NCBI GenBank assembly: GCA_965645245.1
Contig: OZ287082.1
Location: 1,612,001 to 1,676,000 of the forward strand
Origin: Massalongia carnosa
Taxonomy: Eukaryota
Direction of reading: 5' to 3'
DNA length: 64,000 nt
Each line of letters begins with the position of its first letter. Positions within the stretch are counted from its first letter, which is position 1. Position numbers and translations under genes: made by a program. The notes beneath the pieces were generated by a model. It did not search any database and was not told where the DNA came from. It saw only the letters and a list, made by a program, of their open reading frames with translations. Shown here in pieces: positions 1 to 13,800 of this stretch.

Positions 1-446
1 AGAACGGGTCGAGGTGTAGAATAAGGGCGGCGATCTTCCAGCCCAATGTTGCTTGGTGCGGGTGAAACAGCAGATTGAAATATAGAAGCAAGGCGGTCTT
101 CTGGTTCAACACTGGGAGGGACCAGCTGAAGAACAGATTGAAATGAGAAAGAATGACGATCTTCCGGCCCAACGTTGCAGGGAGCGGGTTGAAGAACAGA
201 TCGAGATGTAGAACAAGGGCGGGCTTCTGGCCCAATGCTGAAAGGCATCGACTGAAGAACAGATTGAGATGAAGAAGAAGGAAGCCTCTTCGACCCTCTT
301 TCATTTGATTCGGACGGTCCTGGTAGTATTGGGCGAAAAGAGGTCGCTGATAGCGGTGCACGTGAGGGTCGTCCTCTTTTTCGAATACGTGTAGAAGAAG
401 CATTAAGCAAATGCTTTGGCATAGAAGGATTGAAAGAACTGGCCAT
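1..446 (-). CDS. Partial ORF running off the window start; AT-hook plus degenerate ~21-aa repeats, possibly a transposon protein N-terminus
   Basis: Manual translation from ATG at 446 is open to position 1: MASSFNPSMPKHLLNASSTRIRKRGRPSRA..., then ~4 copies of SVLQxxPxxVGPEDR (~63-bp period). Confidence 0.45.
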   Translation of the reverse strand, partial: MASSFNPSMPKHLLNASSTRIRKRGRPSRAPLSATSFRPILPGPSESNERGSKRLPSSSSQSVLQSMPFSIGPEARPCSTSRSVLQPAPCNVGPEDRHSFSFQSVLQLVPPSVEPEDRLASIFQSAVSPAPSNIGLEDRRPYSTPRPV

Positions 447-793
447 TTTATAAAAGCTGTAGGCGAGAGAATTAACCTCGAAAAAACAGCTCTTGCCACT
501 TTAAAAACATAAAAGACGGAGAAGAAATTGCAAAGGCACTCCAACCTTTTAAACAAGAACATGAAATTTCTTCCATCAGCAGAATAGGACACGTGAAGGT
601 CAATGAACCATCGATGAACGTTCCATCTACGGATGCCCTAGATGGACCGTTGAGGTTAGACTAAAGGCTTATCGCATCCATTCATAAATAGTCCATCGTC
701 ATATGTCTACCACATGATAGATTTCCTTGAGACCATGACCACCGTGACACGAAGATTGTTCGGAACGACAAAAATCCGAATGTCCGTATTAAT

Positions 794-892
794 GACCAAT
801 TAGAGCACAGAACCGGAGGATCGAGAGCCAATCGTTTCGCAAAACCCGACCAATGAAAACACAGAACCGGAGGATCGAGAGCCAATCATTTC
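794..892. repeat. Two-copy tandem repeat, 54-bp period
   Basis: gaccaat...cacagaaccggaggatcgagagccaatc(g/a)tttc begins at 794 and again at 848. Confidence 0.8.
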
Positions 893-1581
893 AAAACGCT
901 GAGCGTCAATCATTTGCGGAGGCCGAGCCCACCCCGTTTCTTCCTTCCATAACCCTTTCACTTACGTTTCAGGACACTTACGTTTCAGGGCAATGCTAAT
1001 TTTGCTCAACAGAAGTCTTCTTCACTTCATTCCCGACTCGCAAAGAGTGATGATCAAGCATGTTGACTAAAGACCGCAAATGCCAAGTCAGCGCTATTAG
1101 TGCTGTTGGAATACTCGCTTAGCCCCATTAGTTCTAGCTCAGCCCTGCAGGCTGCCATACTGCTATAAGCAGTCACCTCTGTAGTAATTTCAACATTATG
1201 CCGTCAACTGTTTATTTAACAAGTGCGAGATAGGCGCATGGTTCGGGTTACTTGCTGGCTGAAGGGTTTTGCGGATACAGTCTGAAACGTGGCCAGTAAG
1301 GAGGAAACCAGCGGGGACTGGGTGTGATATATCTGTACTGTGTACATGTGTCTCGAGACTTCGTTAATCAGACTTGTTGCACAGAGGCCAAGGTTGAAAC
1401 TCGTTGTTTAGTTATGTTTCAGGGATTACTTATCTTCTCAAGTGAAAAGTCCCATTATCGTAGTTCTTCTTTCTCTCCGCTTGATTCATTAATCCTTTCT
1501 GTGCTGTTGTCGGTTTATTATGCTTTGTATCGTTTGTGATCGGTTGCTGACTTGTTCTGCTTTCGTCTTTTCCTCTGAAGC

Positions 1582-1871
1582 TGTTGAAATAGTTATATTA
1601 CTATGGGCTATATGGCTATGATAAAATGGTATGTATGACCGTGATGTTAAAAATGAAGAGTACTGTTCAGCAGTCTTTGTCCCATAACTGGTCACCCTCT
1701 GCTAAGCGAGGTGATAAGATTATCCGAGCCGATCTTATCTAATCTATAGGCTAAGCCTAATACGGCATCTACGGTTTCTGTAGGTGCTCTGTCCATCTTG
1801 GGCAGTCGTAGGTGCTATGTTCAATGAACTGATAGGTGTTCACTGTACTGGTAGGAGTTGAATATTCAACA
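1582..1871 (+). mobile_element. Solo LTR (family X)
   Basis: TGTTGAA...TTCAACA termini with 5-bp TSD GAAGC on both sides; homologous to 1986-2257 and 46352-50941. Confidence 0.92.
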
Positions 1872-1985
1872 GAAGCATTGCCTAAAATGCAAATGTAACA
1901 TCTCTCTCTCTTACTGAAGACAATATATTAATAACGATCAAGTTCGCATTACTCTCCGCTACTTCATGATTCTACATAGCTATGA

Positions 1986-2257
1986 TGTTGAAATAGGTAT
2001 ATTACTATGGCTATATGTCTATGTAATAATAAAGGTATGTATGAGCGTGATGTTAAGGATGAAGAGTTGCTATGCAGCAATCTTTTCCTATTACTGGTCA
2101 CCCTTCTAAGCGAGGTGATCTTATCTTATCTTGGGACTAAGCCTAATGCGGCATCTACGGTTTCCGTAGATCATCTGTCAATCTAGGGCAGCCGTAGGTG
2201 CTATGTTCATTGAATTGATAGGTGTTCATTGTGCTGGTAGGAATTGGATATTCAACA
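1986..2257 (+). mobile_element. Solo LTR (family X)
   Basis: TGTTGAA...TTCAACA termini with 5-bp TSD TATGA; internal hairpin atctacgg-ttt-ccgtagat. Confidence 0.92.
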
Positions 2258-2667
2258 TATGATTTTCATCTAAATATCTCCCGACTAATTCTACTCTCAA
2301 TGCTTTAAATCCAGGATTGATTTCTCGAACTCTCACGATTTTGGCCAGAGATATTATATTCGATTTCTGAACTACGTTAGATAAAAGCATTAAAACAAGC
2401 CTTTTTCTATTACTCCAAATCCTTTTGAAAAGTTCAACGCGGAAAAAATAATAACCTTCAAGGAGAAATGGCCAGAAATCAAGCAAGCCGAACGATAGGA
2501 AAGCATCGCTAATCTGCTACGCTAGGATTTCTCAATTACAAGCTCCTGCGTTCTCAGAATGTCTCGCGCTGCGCCTACTTCTCTCGAGAAGAAAATAGGA
2601 GACTGATTTGAAAGCAGCTGTATATGAAACATCGCCGTTGTAATAATGATTGATAAAGGACTTGATA

Positions 2668-3112
2668 TCAAGAAGATTTCATGGCTGCCTCCAGCAACTG
2701 TAAGCCCCTATCGTGAGATTTCCTCAATACCTGCAGCGAGCTGTCTTCCACGTTCATGTTCTCTCCTTCATCCTCTTCCACGTTCATGTTCTCTACTTCA
2801 TCCAACAACCACTGCATCGTCTTCTCGTAACCTTCCCTCGATGCCTGCAGCGAGCTGTCGTTGACGTTCACCCCGTTATTCAACAAAAACTGCACTGCTT
2901 TCTCGTGATATCTCGATGATGTACTCAGTAATACGATATCGTCAATTTCCCAATTGTATCTCAATCTGCACTGTATTATCCTTTTGTGACCTTCCGACAA
3001 TGTCATCACCAGCAACTTGTGGTTAACACCATTTTTCAACAACAACTGCATCACCTTCTCTTGACCTTACATGCATGCCTTCTGCAGCGCGCTATCGTTA
3101 ACTACCGCTCCG
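2668..3112 (-). pseudogene. Degenerate ankyrin-repeat tail beyond the NLR stop codon
   Basis: A shifted frame after TAA 3113 reads [30 protein letters not shown]...HEKAVQFLLNNGVNVNDSSLQASREGYEK. Confidence 0.65.
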
Positions 3113-6100
3113 TTATATCAACAGCTGCACCACCTCTGCATGACCTTTCGATGATGCCCCCTGCAGCGCGTTGCCATACTCTCCGCCTTGCGCGTTCATG
3201 TCCGCTCCGCTGTTCAACAGCAATTGTACGATTTTCTCGTGACCTTCGTGCGATGCCCCCTGCAGCGGGTTGCCATAGTATCCGCATTGCGCGTTCACGT
3301 CCGCTCTGCTGTTCAACAGCAACTGCCCGATTTTCTCGTAACATTCGTGCGATGCCGCCTGCAGCGCGGTGTCATACTCTCCGCCTTGCGCGTTCACGTC
3401 CGCTTCGTTATTAAACATAAACTGCACGATTTTCTCTGGACCTTCGTACGATGCCGCCTGTAGCGCGTTGCCATACTCTCCGCCTTGCGCGTTCACGTCC
3501 GCTCCGCTATTCAACAGCAATTGCACGATTTTCTCGTGACCTCCGTGCGATGCCGACTGCAGCGCGTTGCCAAAGAATCCGCCTTGCGCGTTCACGTCCG
3601 CTCCGCTGTTCAACAGCAACTGCACGATTTTCTCGTAACCTTCGTGCGATGCCCCCTGCAGCGCGGTGTCATACTCTCCGCCTTGCGCGTTCACGTCCGC
3701 TTCGCTGTTCAACAGCAATTGCACAATTTTCTCGTGACCTCCGTACGATGCCGCCTGCAACGCGTTGCCAAAGAATCCGCCTTGCGCGTTCACGTCCGCT
3801 CCGCTGTTCAACAGCAATTGCACGATTTTCTCTGGACCTCCGGACGATGTCGCCTGCAGCGCGTTGCCATACTCTCCGCCTTGCGCGTTCACGTCCGCTC
3901 CGCTGTTCAACAGCAATTTCACGATTTTCTCGTGACCTTTGTGCGATGCCCCCTGCAGCGCGTTGCCATACACCCCGCCTTGCGCGTTCACGTCCGCTCC
4001 GCTGTTCAACAGGAATTGCACGATTTTCTCGTGACCTCCGTGTGATGCCGCCTGCAGCGCGTTGCCAAAGAATCCGCCTTGCGCGTTCACGTCCGCTCCG
4101 CTGTTCAACAGCAACTGCACGATTTTCTCGTGACCTCCGGACGATGCCGCCTGCAGCGCGTTGCCATAGCCTCCGCCTTGCGCGTTCACGTCCGCTCCGC
4201 TGTTCAACAGCAATTGCACGATTTTCTCGTGACCTCCGGACGATGCCGCCTGCAGCGCGCTGCCATACTCTCCGCCTTGCGCGTTCATGTCCGCTCCGCT
4301 GTTCAACAGCAACTGCACGATTTTCTCGTGACCTCCGGACGATGCCGCCTGCAGCGCGTTGCCATACTCTCCGCCTTGCGCGTTCATGTCCGCTCCGCTG
4401 TTCAACAGCAACTGCACGATTTTCTCGTGACCTCCGGACGATGCCGTCTGCAGCGCGTTGCCAAAGCGTCCGCCTTGCGCGTTCACGTCCGCTCCGCTGT
4501 TCAACAGCAATTGCACGATTTTCTCATGACCTCCGTACGATGCCGCCTGCAGCGCGTTGCCATAGTCTCCGCCTTGCGCGTTCACGTCTGCTCCGCTGTT
4601 CAACAACAATTGCACGATTTTCTCGTGACCTCCCGATGATGCCCCCAGCAGCGCGTTGCCAAAGAATCCGCCTTGCGCGTTCACGTCCGCTCCGCTGTTC
4701 GACAGCAATTGCACGATTTTCTCGTGACCTCCGTACGATGCCGCCTGCAGTGCGTTGTCATAGCCTCCGCCTTGCGCGTTCACGTCCGCTCCGCTGTTCA
4801 ACAGCAATTGCACGATTTTCTCGTGACCTCCGTACGATGCCGCCTGCAGCGCGTTGTCATAGCCTCCGCCTTGCGCGTTCACGTCCGCTCCGCTGTTCAA
4901 CAGCAATTGCACGATTTTCTCGTGACCTCCGTACGATGCCGCCTGCAGCGCGTTGTCATAGCCTCCGCTTTGCGCGTTCATGTCCGCTCCGCTGTTCAAC
5001 AGCAATTGCACGATTTTCTCGTGACCTCCGGACGATGCCACCTGCAGTGCGTTGCCATACTCTCTGCCTTGCGCGTTCATGTCCGCTCCGCTGTTCAACA
5101 GCAACTGCACGATTTTCTCGTGACCTCCGGACGATGCCGCCTGCAGCGCGTTGCCAAAGTGTCCGCCTTGCGCGTTCACGTCCGCTTCGTTGTTCAACAG
5201 CAACTGCACGATTTTCTCGTGACCTCCGTACGATGCTGCCTGCAGCGCGTTGTCATAGCCTCCGCCTTGCGCGTTCACGTCCGCTCCGCTGTTCAACAGC
5301 AATTGCACGATTTTCTCGTGACCTTCGTACGATGCCGCCTGCAGCGCGTTGCCATAGCGTCCGCCTTGCGCGTTCACGTCCGCTCCGCTGTTCAACAGCA
5401 ATTGCACGATTTTCTCGTGACCTCCGGACGATGCCGCCTGCAGCGCGTTGCCATATTCTCTGCTTTGCGCGTTCATGTCCGCTCCGCTGTTCAACAGCAA
5501 TTGCACGATTTTCTCGTGACCTCCGTACGATGCCGCCTGCAGCGCGTTGTCATAGCCTCCGCCTTGCGCGTTCACGTCCGCTCCGCTGTTCAACAGCAAT
5601 TGCACGATTTTCTCGTAACCTCCGTACGATGCCGCCTGCAGCGCGTTGCCATAGCGTCCGCCTTTCGCGTTCACGTCCGCTCCGCTGTTCAACAGCAATT
5701 GCACGATTTTCTCGTGACCTCCGTACGATGCCGCCTGCAGCGCGTTGCCATAGCCTCCGCCTTGCGCGTTCACTTCCGCTCCGCTGTTCAACAGCAATTG
5801 CACGATTTTCTCGTGACCTCCGTACGATGCCGTCTGCAGCGCGTTGCCAAACACTCCGCCTTGCGCGTTCACGTCCGCGTCGCTGTTCAACAGCAATTGC
5901 ACGATTTTCTCGTGACCTCCGGACGATGCCGCCTGCAGCGCGTTGCCAAAGTGTCCGCCTTGCGCGTTCACGTCCGCTCCGCTGTTCAACAGCAATTGCA
6001 CGATTTTCTCGTGACCTCCGGACGATGCCGCCTGCAGCGCGTTGCCCAAGTGTCCGCCTTGCGCGTTCACGTCTGCCCCTTCCTTCAATAAAATCATGAT

Positions 6101-8962
6101 AATGAAAAGATGACCGTATCGACTGGCAATAAGCAGTAATGATTCATTATTGTTATTACGTGTCTCGACATCGAAAACGGCCGTTTCCCACCAATCGAAT
6201 ATGATATTGTTGAATCCGAACGCTGACATTGCCAGTAAAGTTAAAGAAGATGGACTAATATCATGACGAACTTTATTTACCAGACTAGTATCAAACACCT
6301 GCATATAATTAAAATATTTCATAGTTTTATCCTTGTCTATTATTTCATGCCAACTCTTGTACGCTGGGCTGCTTTCGTTGAAGGATCCAAGGAATTGCTT
6401 TAAAATTATCGTTAAACGAGAATCAATCCTTCCTTTATCATGATTTTTTATGTGATCTGCCCAATAGAATCTTGCGTAGCGAATAATGTCATCGAGTTCT
6501 TTGTTTTCGTCTTGCAATTCGGTATCCCGTTTTTGCTGAACTGAATCATTCAACAAAGACAAACATACTTTCGCTATTAGAGCATTCGCGTCATGGTATC
6601 CCCAGTATTTTTCCAGATATTCCTGAACTGATAAGTGGGAAAATCGACATATATCTAGCTTAGAATCAACGACGATTAAGTTTTGGCAAGCGTCGAGAAC
6701 AAAACCGATCTCGACATCCACAGGATCGACGACGTCCGTGTTGGGATCTTGACAAACCCCAGCGACTAAAGCTTCTGGCGATAAGGGGATAACGGAATAC
6801 ATGATCCATTGAAATGCACGATTGGCAATTTCGGGCGCACTTCCGTCTTGAGCCTTAATTCTGCGATATATTTCGTCATATGCCGCATCAAGGTCCTTCG
6901 GAAGTTTGCCTAGTCGCTCTTCAATATCGCGTCTACGGGGCGGAAGTTTATGGAGTTGAATAATCTGCAGAGACGCCCACTGAAACCTATTCTACTCTTA
7001 GAAAATCAATGCTAGTGGCCGACAGTTATAGAAACTTACATTCCGTCACTTTTGCTCACCAACGTCTCGGAGATGAGCTCTCTAAGTTCGGAACTTATCT
7101 TGCAATACCATTCCTTTTTATCTTTGATCTTGTCGTCAACAAACTTTGCTATGTCCTTCTCATTATCCGTTGCCCTGATTTCCATGTTTGGTCCACCACT
7201 AAAGCGGTGTTTGATATCTAGGTCTGGCCTGCTCGAGATGAAAATTTTTACCAAGTTAGAAGACTTGCCGCTTACCAAGATGTCTAACATTTCCATGAAA
7301 GGGGCCCTCGTTTCCTTGTTGCACTCATCCAAAGCGTCCACAACTAACGTGATTTGAGGATAAATTTCAACTAGCTGACGTAGAAGATCAAAACTTTCCT
7401 CAATCTTGAGCCCTCCTGAGGCAAAGGCATTTCTCTGCTTCAAATCATAACTTTCAACGATCGGACGCCGAATCTTATTGGTTTTTTCGACTCCTGATAG
7501 TTGTCGCACAAAGCTGCTCATGATTAATGTTGGGTCTTGACGATTAGGCTGATTGCGATCGCAATAAAAGTAAGCCAGCGCTTCGTCATTAGGTTGCTCG
7601 GCAAATGTTTTAATCAAGTCGTCGACGACTGTTGACACAAGTTTAGTTTTGCCAGCGCCAGCTAATGAACACAGTCAGTAAGAAATGCTAGATATTGTAT
7701 ATACACTTACGCATTCCGTGTAGCCATAATATTGTAGATGCGCTAGACGCACGCCATTCTACATGTCGTTCATGATTCAGCAGCCACTTTCCTGTTCCTT
7801 TTGTCCATCCTTTGCGAGCAACATAGTGGATTTCCTCGTATGGAATGTCGGATACCCAAGAAAGTATTTTATTTCGCTTGTCCACTTCATATTCATCGCT
7901 CAAAGCACTCACTCGAGGATCGACGCGCAAGATTGGACTTCTCAAGTCTTCAAATAAGCTCTTTAGCTTCATATTTGCCTCTCGATCTTGTATGCGATCC
8001 AAATTTCTTGCCTCCGTATCTACTTGGGTTTCTAAGTCCTTACAACTCTCAACAAATTCGAGAACTTTCGAACGCAACACACTCCCCAGAGTTCGAGATA
8101 CAGATCCTTTATCATATAATTTCTTCGCACAGGCGAGGAATCTTAACACAACGAGATACAAGGCTGTCAACGCCGTTGTCAAGTTCTCCATAGCAAGTGT
8201 GGACGGTCCGGATACCTCAGAAGAAAGGTAAAGGAGTTCATATACTGTGCACCGATTGATAAGTTGCGTCACCTTCTCTCCCCCAACAAGTAAAGCTGCC
8301 ATCAACTCGCTTTCTCCCACCGCCATCTTTTTCAGAGTTAGATCTTTTCAAGATCATGTCAAAGGAAGATCCAATCTCACCTGAAGCAAAAACCTAACTC
8401 CCGCCCATGGCAACGCAGCATGAACAGGATCAAAATTTACCGCGACGTCTCCAATTTCCTTGAATTTGTTGAGCCCAAAGATAATTTTCTCCGCTAAATC
8501 GCGAAGTATGATTTCTCGGCCTTGGAAACAGAATTTCCATTGCTTTTCGCGGCATTCATCTCTTTTCTGCTGAACAACACCGTGTAATTGTTCCACGATC
8601 TCTAGTTTTGAATTCAAGGATGTCTGTTGAACAGCCGCTCTGTCTTCTGATGATAGTTTCTGCAGCGTTATGTCCCAGAGACTACTCCGAACATTCAGAA
8701 CTTGCGCACCCGCTGAAGAAGATGTTTTGATCGATCTCGCCTCTTCAGTTGAATTCGGAACCGATCCGGAGCCCGTGTTCACCTTGACAGCTGATGTCGG
8801 AATAGAGGCAGAATCAGGTTTCGTTGATTGTGATGTGGAAGATCCTTGCACTGAAATTTCACTAGAGTCCTGTTTTGCCTTATTAGCCTTGTGACTAAAC
8901 AAGGACCTCAATCGCTCCCGTTTCCTTTCACGCGAAGAGCTTTCCATCGAATCCTGCATCAA
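3113..8962 (-). CDS. NLR-like protein 1: helical NWD/Goodbye-like N-terminal domain, NACHT, ankyrin repeats (4 exons)
   Basis: Exons 8962-8381, 8326-7711, 7661-7040 and 6986-3113 joined by GT-AG introns. Splicing rebuilds Walker A HGMPGAGKT and [11 protein letters not shown]; Walker B is [10 protein letters not shown]-terminal [16 protein letters not shown] motif is typical of fungal NACHT proteins. Confidence 0.92.
3120..6090 (-). repeat. 30 tandem 99-bp (33-aa) ankyrin repeats with high internal conservation
   Basis: Counted 30 copies of [33 protein letters not shown] units nearly identical. Confidence 0.95.
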
Positions 8963-9503
8963 ATAATGATAGTCGTAGACTAAGGTATTGCGCTGGCAAC
9001 AGTAGACTCATCAAAACAATGCTGAGGTGTACTGGTGGTCAAGAGAGAGTAAAATTTCTCCATGACAGGTGGGCGCAGCCTGCTGCTTTCTTAGCACTGA
9101 TTGGTCCAGCACGTTTCACCGGATGCATCTAGGCGGCGTAGTCCAGACATGTCATCGCCAATGATTTTCGAGGTCGTCGTTGGTAGATAAGATAAGGCTG
9201 CATGTTGTTGCGCATGAAAGATTTACAATAAGGATTCTTCACAAGAGCATAATCGAGTTAAACGGGAACGAAGACATTTTATGTTATCAGCATTCCATCA
9301 AGTCCATCAAGTCCATAGAATAACTAGTACTAATGATTCAACTTATCCGATTATGCATAACGTGATTCTAACGCTGCTTGACGTGGAAGTCGACTTGTCG
9401 AATAACGATGTTCATGCACTAAGCATTCGCTCACTGTGTCACAACTTTCACGTTCTGTGCGCGACAGCTCAATATCAAAAGAATGCATTCTGCTTTTAAA
9501 ATC

Positions 9504-9752
9504 TGTTAACCGATTAGACCACACTAATTGGTAGGTGGCCTGCCAATATCACCACTAATAGAAGTGTCACTCGGTTAGCAAGTGTTGCACTTAGTGAATG
9601 GCTGGCTACCGAGTACACACAAAGGTGATGGGATAAGATAAAATAGATATTTAGCTAGAGATGATTTCTATCATCAACAACCATCCTAGATAAACCAGAT
9701 CAATTTATCAAATCCAAAACGAGTCTCCTTTAGAACGTAAACCTACCTAACA
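9504..9752. mobile_element. Candidate solo LTR
   Basis: TGTTA...TAACA inverted termini, 249 bp; no clean TSD. Confidence 0.35.
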
Positions 9753-10813
9753 AATAAGCTGGAAAGCTTACGCATATCTAAGCGATAACCAGCTTGATAA
9801 AATCTATTATGCTTTATGCTTACGTACATTGCACTTACTCCACGAGGTTCGAATCGTGATTACAGAGTACTACCTCTTGCTTTGGCATTATTCTTGTCAT
9901 CATAATCGTCCGTTCTATGTATTGTCTCTTGATCCATCACTGGGTCATGAGCAAGGTGTTCCTTTAGTCCCAACTTCGCGCCAAGGAACCCAAGCTTCAG
10001 CAGATCGTTGTCGATAATCTCCTGCTTGTGGGCCTTCATTTTGTTAATCCTAATTCACGAGATATGTTTGGAGCGGGTAGAACGCGGAGTATATAAACTT
10101 GCGACGCGAGTTAGTACAGTAAGCATCAGGACCGATTGATGTTGAGCCGACATGATCATTCAAGACGGAATCTATCGCATTCGCGTGAGAATTGCTCATG
10201 AATGAGTTCTCCGACGGCTCCGAGAAATTACAGAAGCAATGGGTTGAAATAATTACTGATTACATTTGGGGCTCTCAGAGCAACAGCTTCTTGAGGGTCA
10301 TTTGTCATGGGACTTCATCCTTGCCATCGATGGCTCGATTGGGTCCGTTTCACAGATTGAAGGAAAGAGGGTCCAGTCGCTGGCAGCGTAACAGTAGGAT
10401 AGCAGGCTTCTCTCGGTCTCGTTGAAGCGGAAAGCCTTTTTGCGTGGTGTCAGAGCGCGGATATGGGCGGAACTGCCGTCAACGTGATTATTGCTACAGG
10501 TGTAGTGGGTGGAGGAGTTACCGCGCTCGTGATAGCGGCGGTAGTAGGATAAAGTGGGACCTCGGATGTAGACGGGCTTATGAAAAAGTTTAGAGAGGTA
10601 TATAAAAGGGGAAATCTCAGAGACGTCCGAGGGCGTAGCTCGATAGAATAGATAAAGAAATGATAGCTGCGGGCCTTGTGAAGATCTTCAAGTTTGATGA
10701 TGAAGTATGAGGGGAAATACATGGGAGAAGGTGGTTCTTGTGAGCGCATAATGCAGCGAGCCCTGATGTCCTTCGGATGCTTTCCCCATTCAGCCACCAA
10801 TCCCCGGAAGAAC

Positions 10814-13800
10814 TGTTGAGGATAGCCGAGATGTCTGCTTATAGAAAATGGCACTAACCCCAATGCGCACTAGCTATTGGAAGTATTTGGATTGGCCACC
10901 TTGGGATTTATCATCAACATCCCGCGTCTGATATTCTAGGAGACATTCGAACATTCTACAGTGGATTGATAATGAGGCAAATATGTCAGCTTTGAAACTC
11001 CGACAAAGACGAGCTTACATATCAGCATTTGACTGACCGATCACATAGAAAGTGGGAGAATCGTGCTCAAGGCAGGCAGCGGTATATAATGGGCTATATG
11101 CCCCCATAGATAGCCTCAGTCATTTTCAATCAATCATTAGTAGCCTGCCATTGGATCAGCTTGATCATCGCACGTACTTTTTGCTGTTGTTTCCTACTTC
11201 CACCCCTATAATCCGTAGCCTCCGCAACAGGTTATGAGCCCGGTCAGCCAATAGGAAAAACAGTCTGAAAATCGACTCGAAATGTCTTCATCCACCCCTC
11301 AACAAACGCCCGGCCCCGAAATCGTGGTCAAGGATAGATCAGATGGGGCCGACGGTCGGATCACGTCCGGAGCAGGGGTAAGGGATGTTAAAGTTCCCAA
11401 ACTAACCGAGGAAAATTATCGTACATGGAGTAAGATAATGAAGAATAACCTGATAGGTAAAAAGCTCTGGAGCATCGTCATTGGACGAATAGTATGCCCG
11501 GACGAGACTCGGCCCAGTGATCTGGAAGCATGGGAATTCAACAATGCTACGGCCATGACATACATCATGACGGCCGTAGATGACAGACAGCTTCAACACA
11601 TCATCCGATTGGACACAGCCAACGATCAGTGGGAGACACTAAATCGTATTCATAGGGATATCGGACTGACACGCCTTATACCTCTTTCTAGACGGCTTTG
11701 TGGTTACAAAGCCGGCCCATCAGACTCCGTTGAGCAAATAGCTTCGGAGCTACGAACCATTGCTGCTGTAATGGCCGAAATTCGACCCGGGGAGGAACCG
11801 TCGGAGTTTCTTCTAGCTCGAATATTGATGGATTCAATTGACGGGACCCCGTACGCCATGGCTAGGGCCCTGTTGGAAGACAAAGGAGAAATAACCATGA
11901 CCATGGTTATAGAAAAGTATAAGGAGGTGGAATCAAGAAATAAAGATGAGATAAGCACCCCGGAAATTGCTAATAAGGCCTCATCTAGCCGAAAATTCAC
12001 TGGAAAATGTTTCTATTGTGATAAGGCTGGCCACATAAAAACGGACTGTTTTCAATGGTTGAAAACGGATGAGGGCCGAGAGCACAAGCGGAAAAATGAA
12101 AATGCTTATCAAACCAATGATAGTAAGAGGCGGGGGAAATCATCAGGGAGTCGGGGCCGAAAAACGAAGAAATCGGACGAAGCACGACTGACCCAGGAGA
12201 ATGATGCCCGATCTGAAGAAAGCGACTCGGAATACGCCCGTGCGGCTACCGAAGTCGAAGATTTTGGCCTGATGGCTCAAAATAAGGACGCGGTCCCTGC
12301 TCAGGAAGAATTTGCCCTGGTGACTCGAAACGATGACGCGGTCCCACTCGAAAAACTCAAGGAATGGGTTATTGACTCCGGAGCGAGTCGACATATGACC
12401 CCTGATAGGGGAATATTCGTCAACATGATGTTGATTAGAACGACAGTGCGTGTGGCCGACGGAACGGTCATCTCGTCAATTGGTCGAGGAGATATTCTCA
12501 TTCGGATGAGAAACGGGGAGAAAATACGATTAACCGAGGTGTTATACGTCCCCGAGCTCGACACCAATCTTCTGTCCATACGAGCTCTTCAGACAAAGGG
12601 AATTTCTGTCCGCTTTGGTCTGAATGGAGTCGAAATAACCCGAGGGGATGCCTTACTGGCCACGGGAGTCCTGATTGGATCGTCGTACTTATTGAGGCCT
12701 GCCAGAGAAGATGTGGCCCTAGTCACCGACATGATAACGACGAAGAAAAAGCATATTCCGAATCCGAATCGGGACGGATATCTTTTGTGGCATGCCCGAA
12801 TGGGTCATGTCGGACCAGGGAGGCTTGAAAAGCTCCCATTTCTGACCACCGGAGTCGGAAATTCAATAAAGCATCAGCATGATGGCGAAAAATGCGTCAC
12901 CTGCAAATACACCAAAATGACGAAAATAATCAGTCGAATGCCCCCATTAAAAGCCACACGCCGGGGGGAACGTACATACTCGGACTATTGGGGCCCGTAC
13001 AAAGTAATGAATTTACAGGGGTCCCAGTATTTTTTATCATTCATTGACGACTACACGCGTCGGTCAGAGGTGTATTTCGGGCCCAGATCAAGCCTGAGGG
13101 AGAATTTCTATCGATACAAAGCGAAATTCGAAGCCGAGACAGGGGAAAAACTGGCCCTGATTAGGAGCGACAATGCCAAGGAATATCATGCTCTGAAAAA
13201 AGACCTTTTGAATGAAGGCATTCTGATGGAATTTACTGATCCGTACACTCCCGAGCAAAACGGGGTCGCTGAGCGGATGAATCGGACACTAATGCAAATG
13301 GTTAGGGCCATGCAATTATGGGCCGGATTACCCAGAGAATTTTGGGGGGAGGCCCTGATGGTAGCCAATTATTTAAGAAATCGGCTACCAACGAATACTC
13401 ACGGGGGAAAAATGACCCCGTATGAGGCCTGGTATGGCCGAAAACCGGACCTGAATCACATACGAACCTACGGATGCTTGGTGCATGCCCGTATCCCCAG
13501 TGAAAAAAGGGATAAAATGGATGTCGTGTCATTTCAGGGAATTTTTGTTGGTTATCATTCGTCGAAACAGTATCGAGTCTATAACCCCGTTACGAAGAAA
13601 ATCGGCTGGCATGCGGCCCCCGAATTCTTCGAGGACTGGCCCGGAGGGCCGTTATTGAATGCTCCGAGCCGGGCTGGGACTAGAGATTATTGGTTAGAAA
13701 TGAGGGGGGAACATACATCGGTCATTTGGCCCATGGTCCTGGGGACGGGCCCCGGAGACGACACGGATAGTCGAGGATATGCGAGGGCATGAAGTTATTC

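Noticed and set aside
1104..1195. TGTTG...CAACA mini-LTR
   Set aside because: Only ~90 bp with no TSD.
3120..6090. CRISPR-like or DGR-like array
   Set aside because: Units are in-frame coding repeats without unique spacers; variation is not adenine-specific; nearby RTs belong to retrotransposons.
3188..6099. Long plus-strand ORFs (882, 472 and 186 aa)
   Set aside because: Antisense shadows of the GC-rich ankyrin array; stop-free because the repeat unit lacks stops.
8700..8962. Amyloid signalling motif at the NLR1 N-terminus
   Set aside because: S/T-rich disordered segment without N/G/Q pseudo-repeats; no adjacent effector gene with a matching motif.
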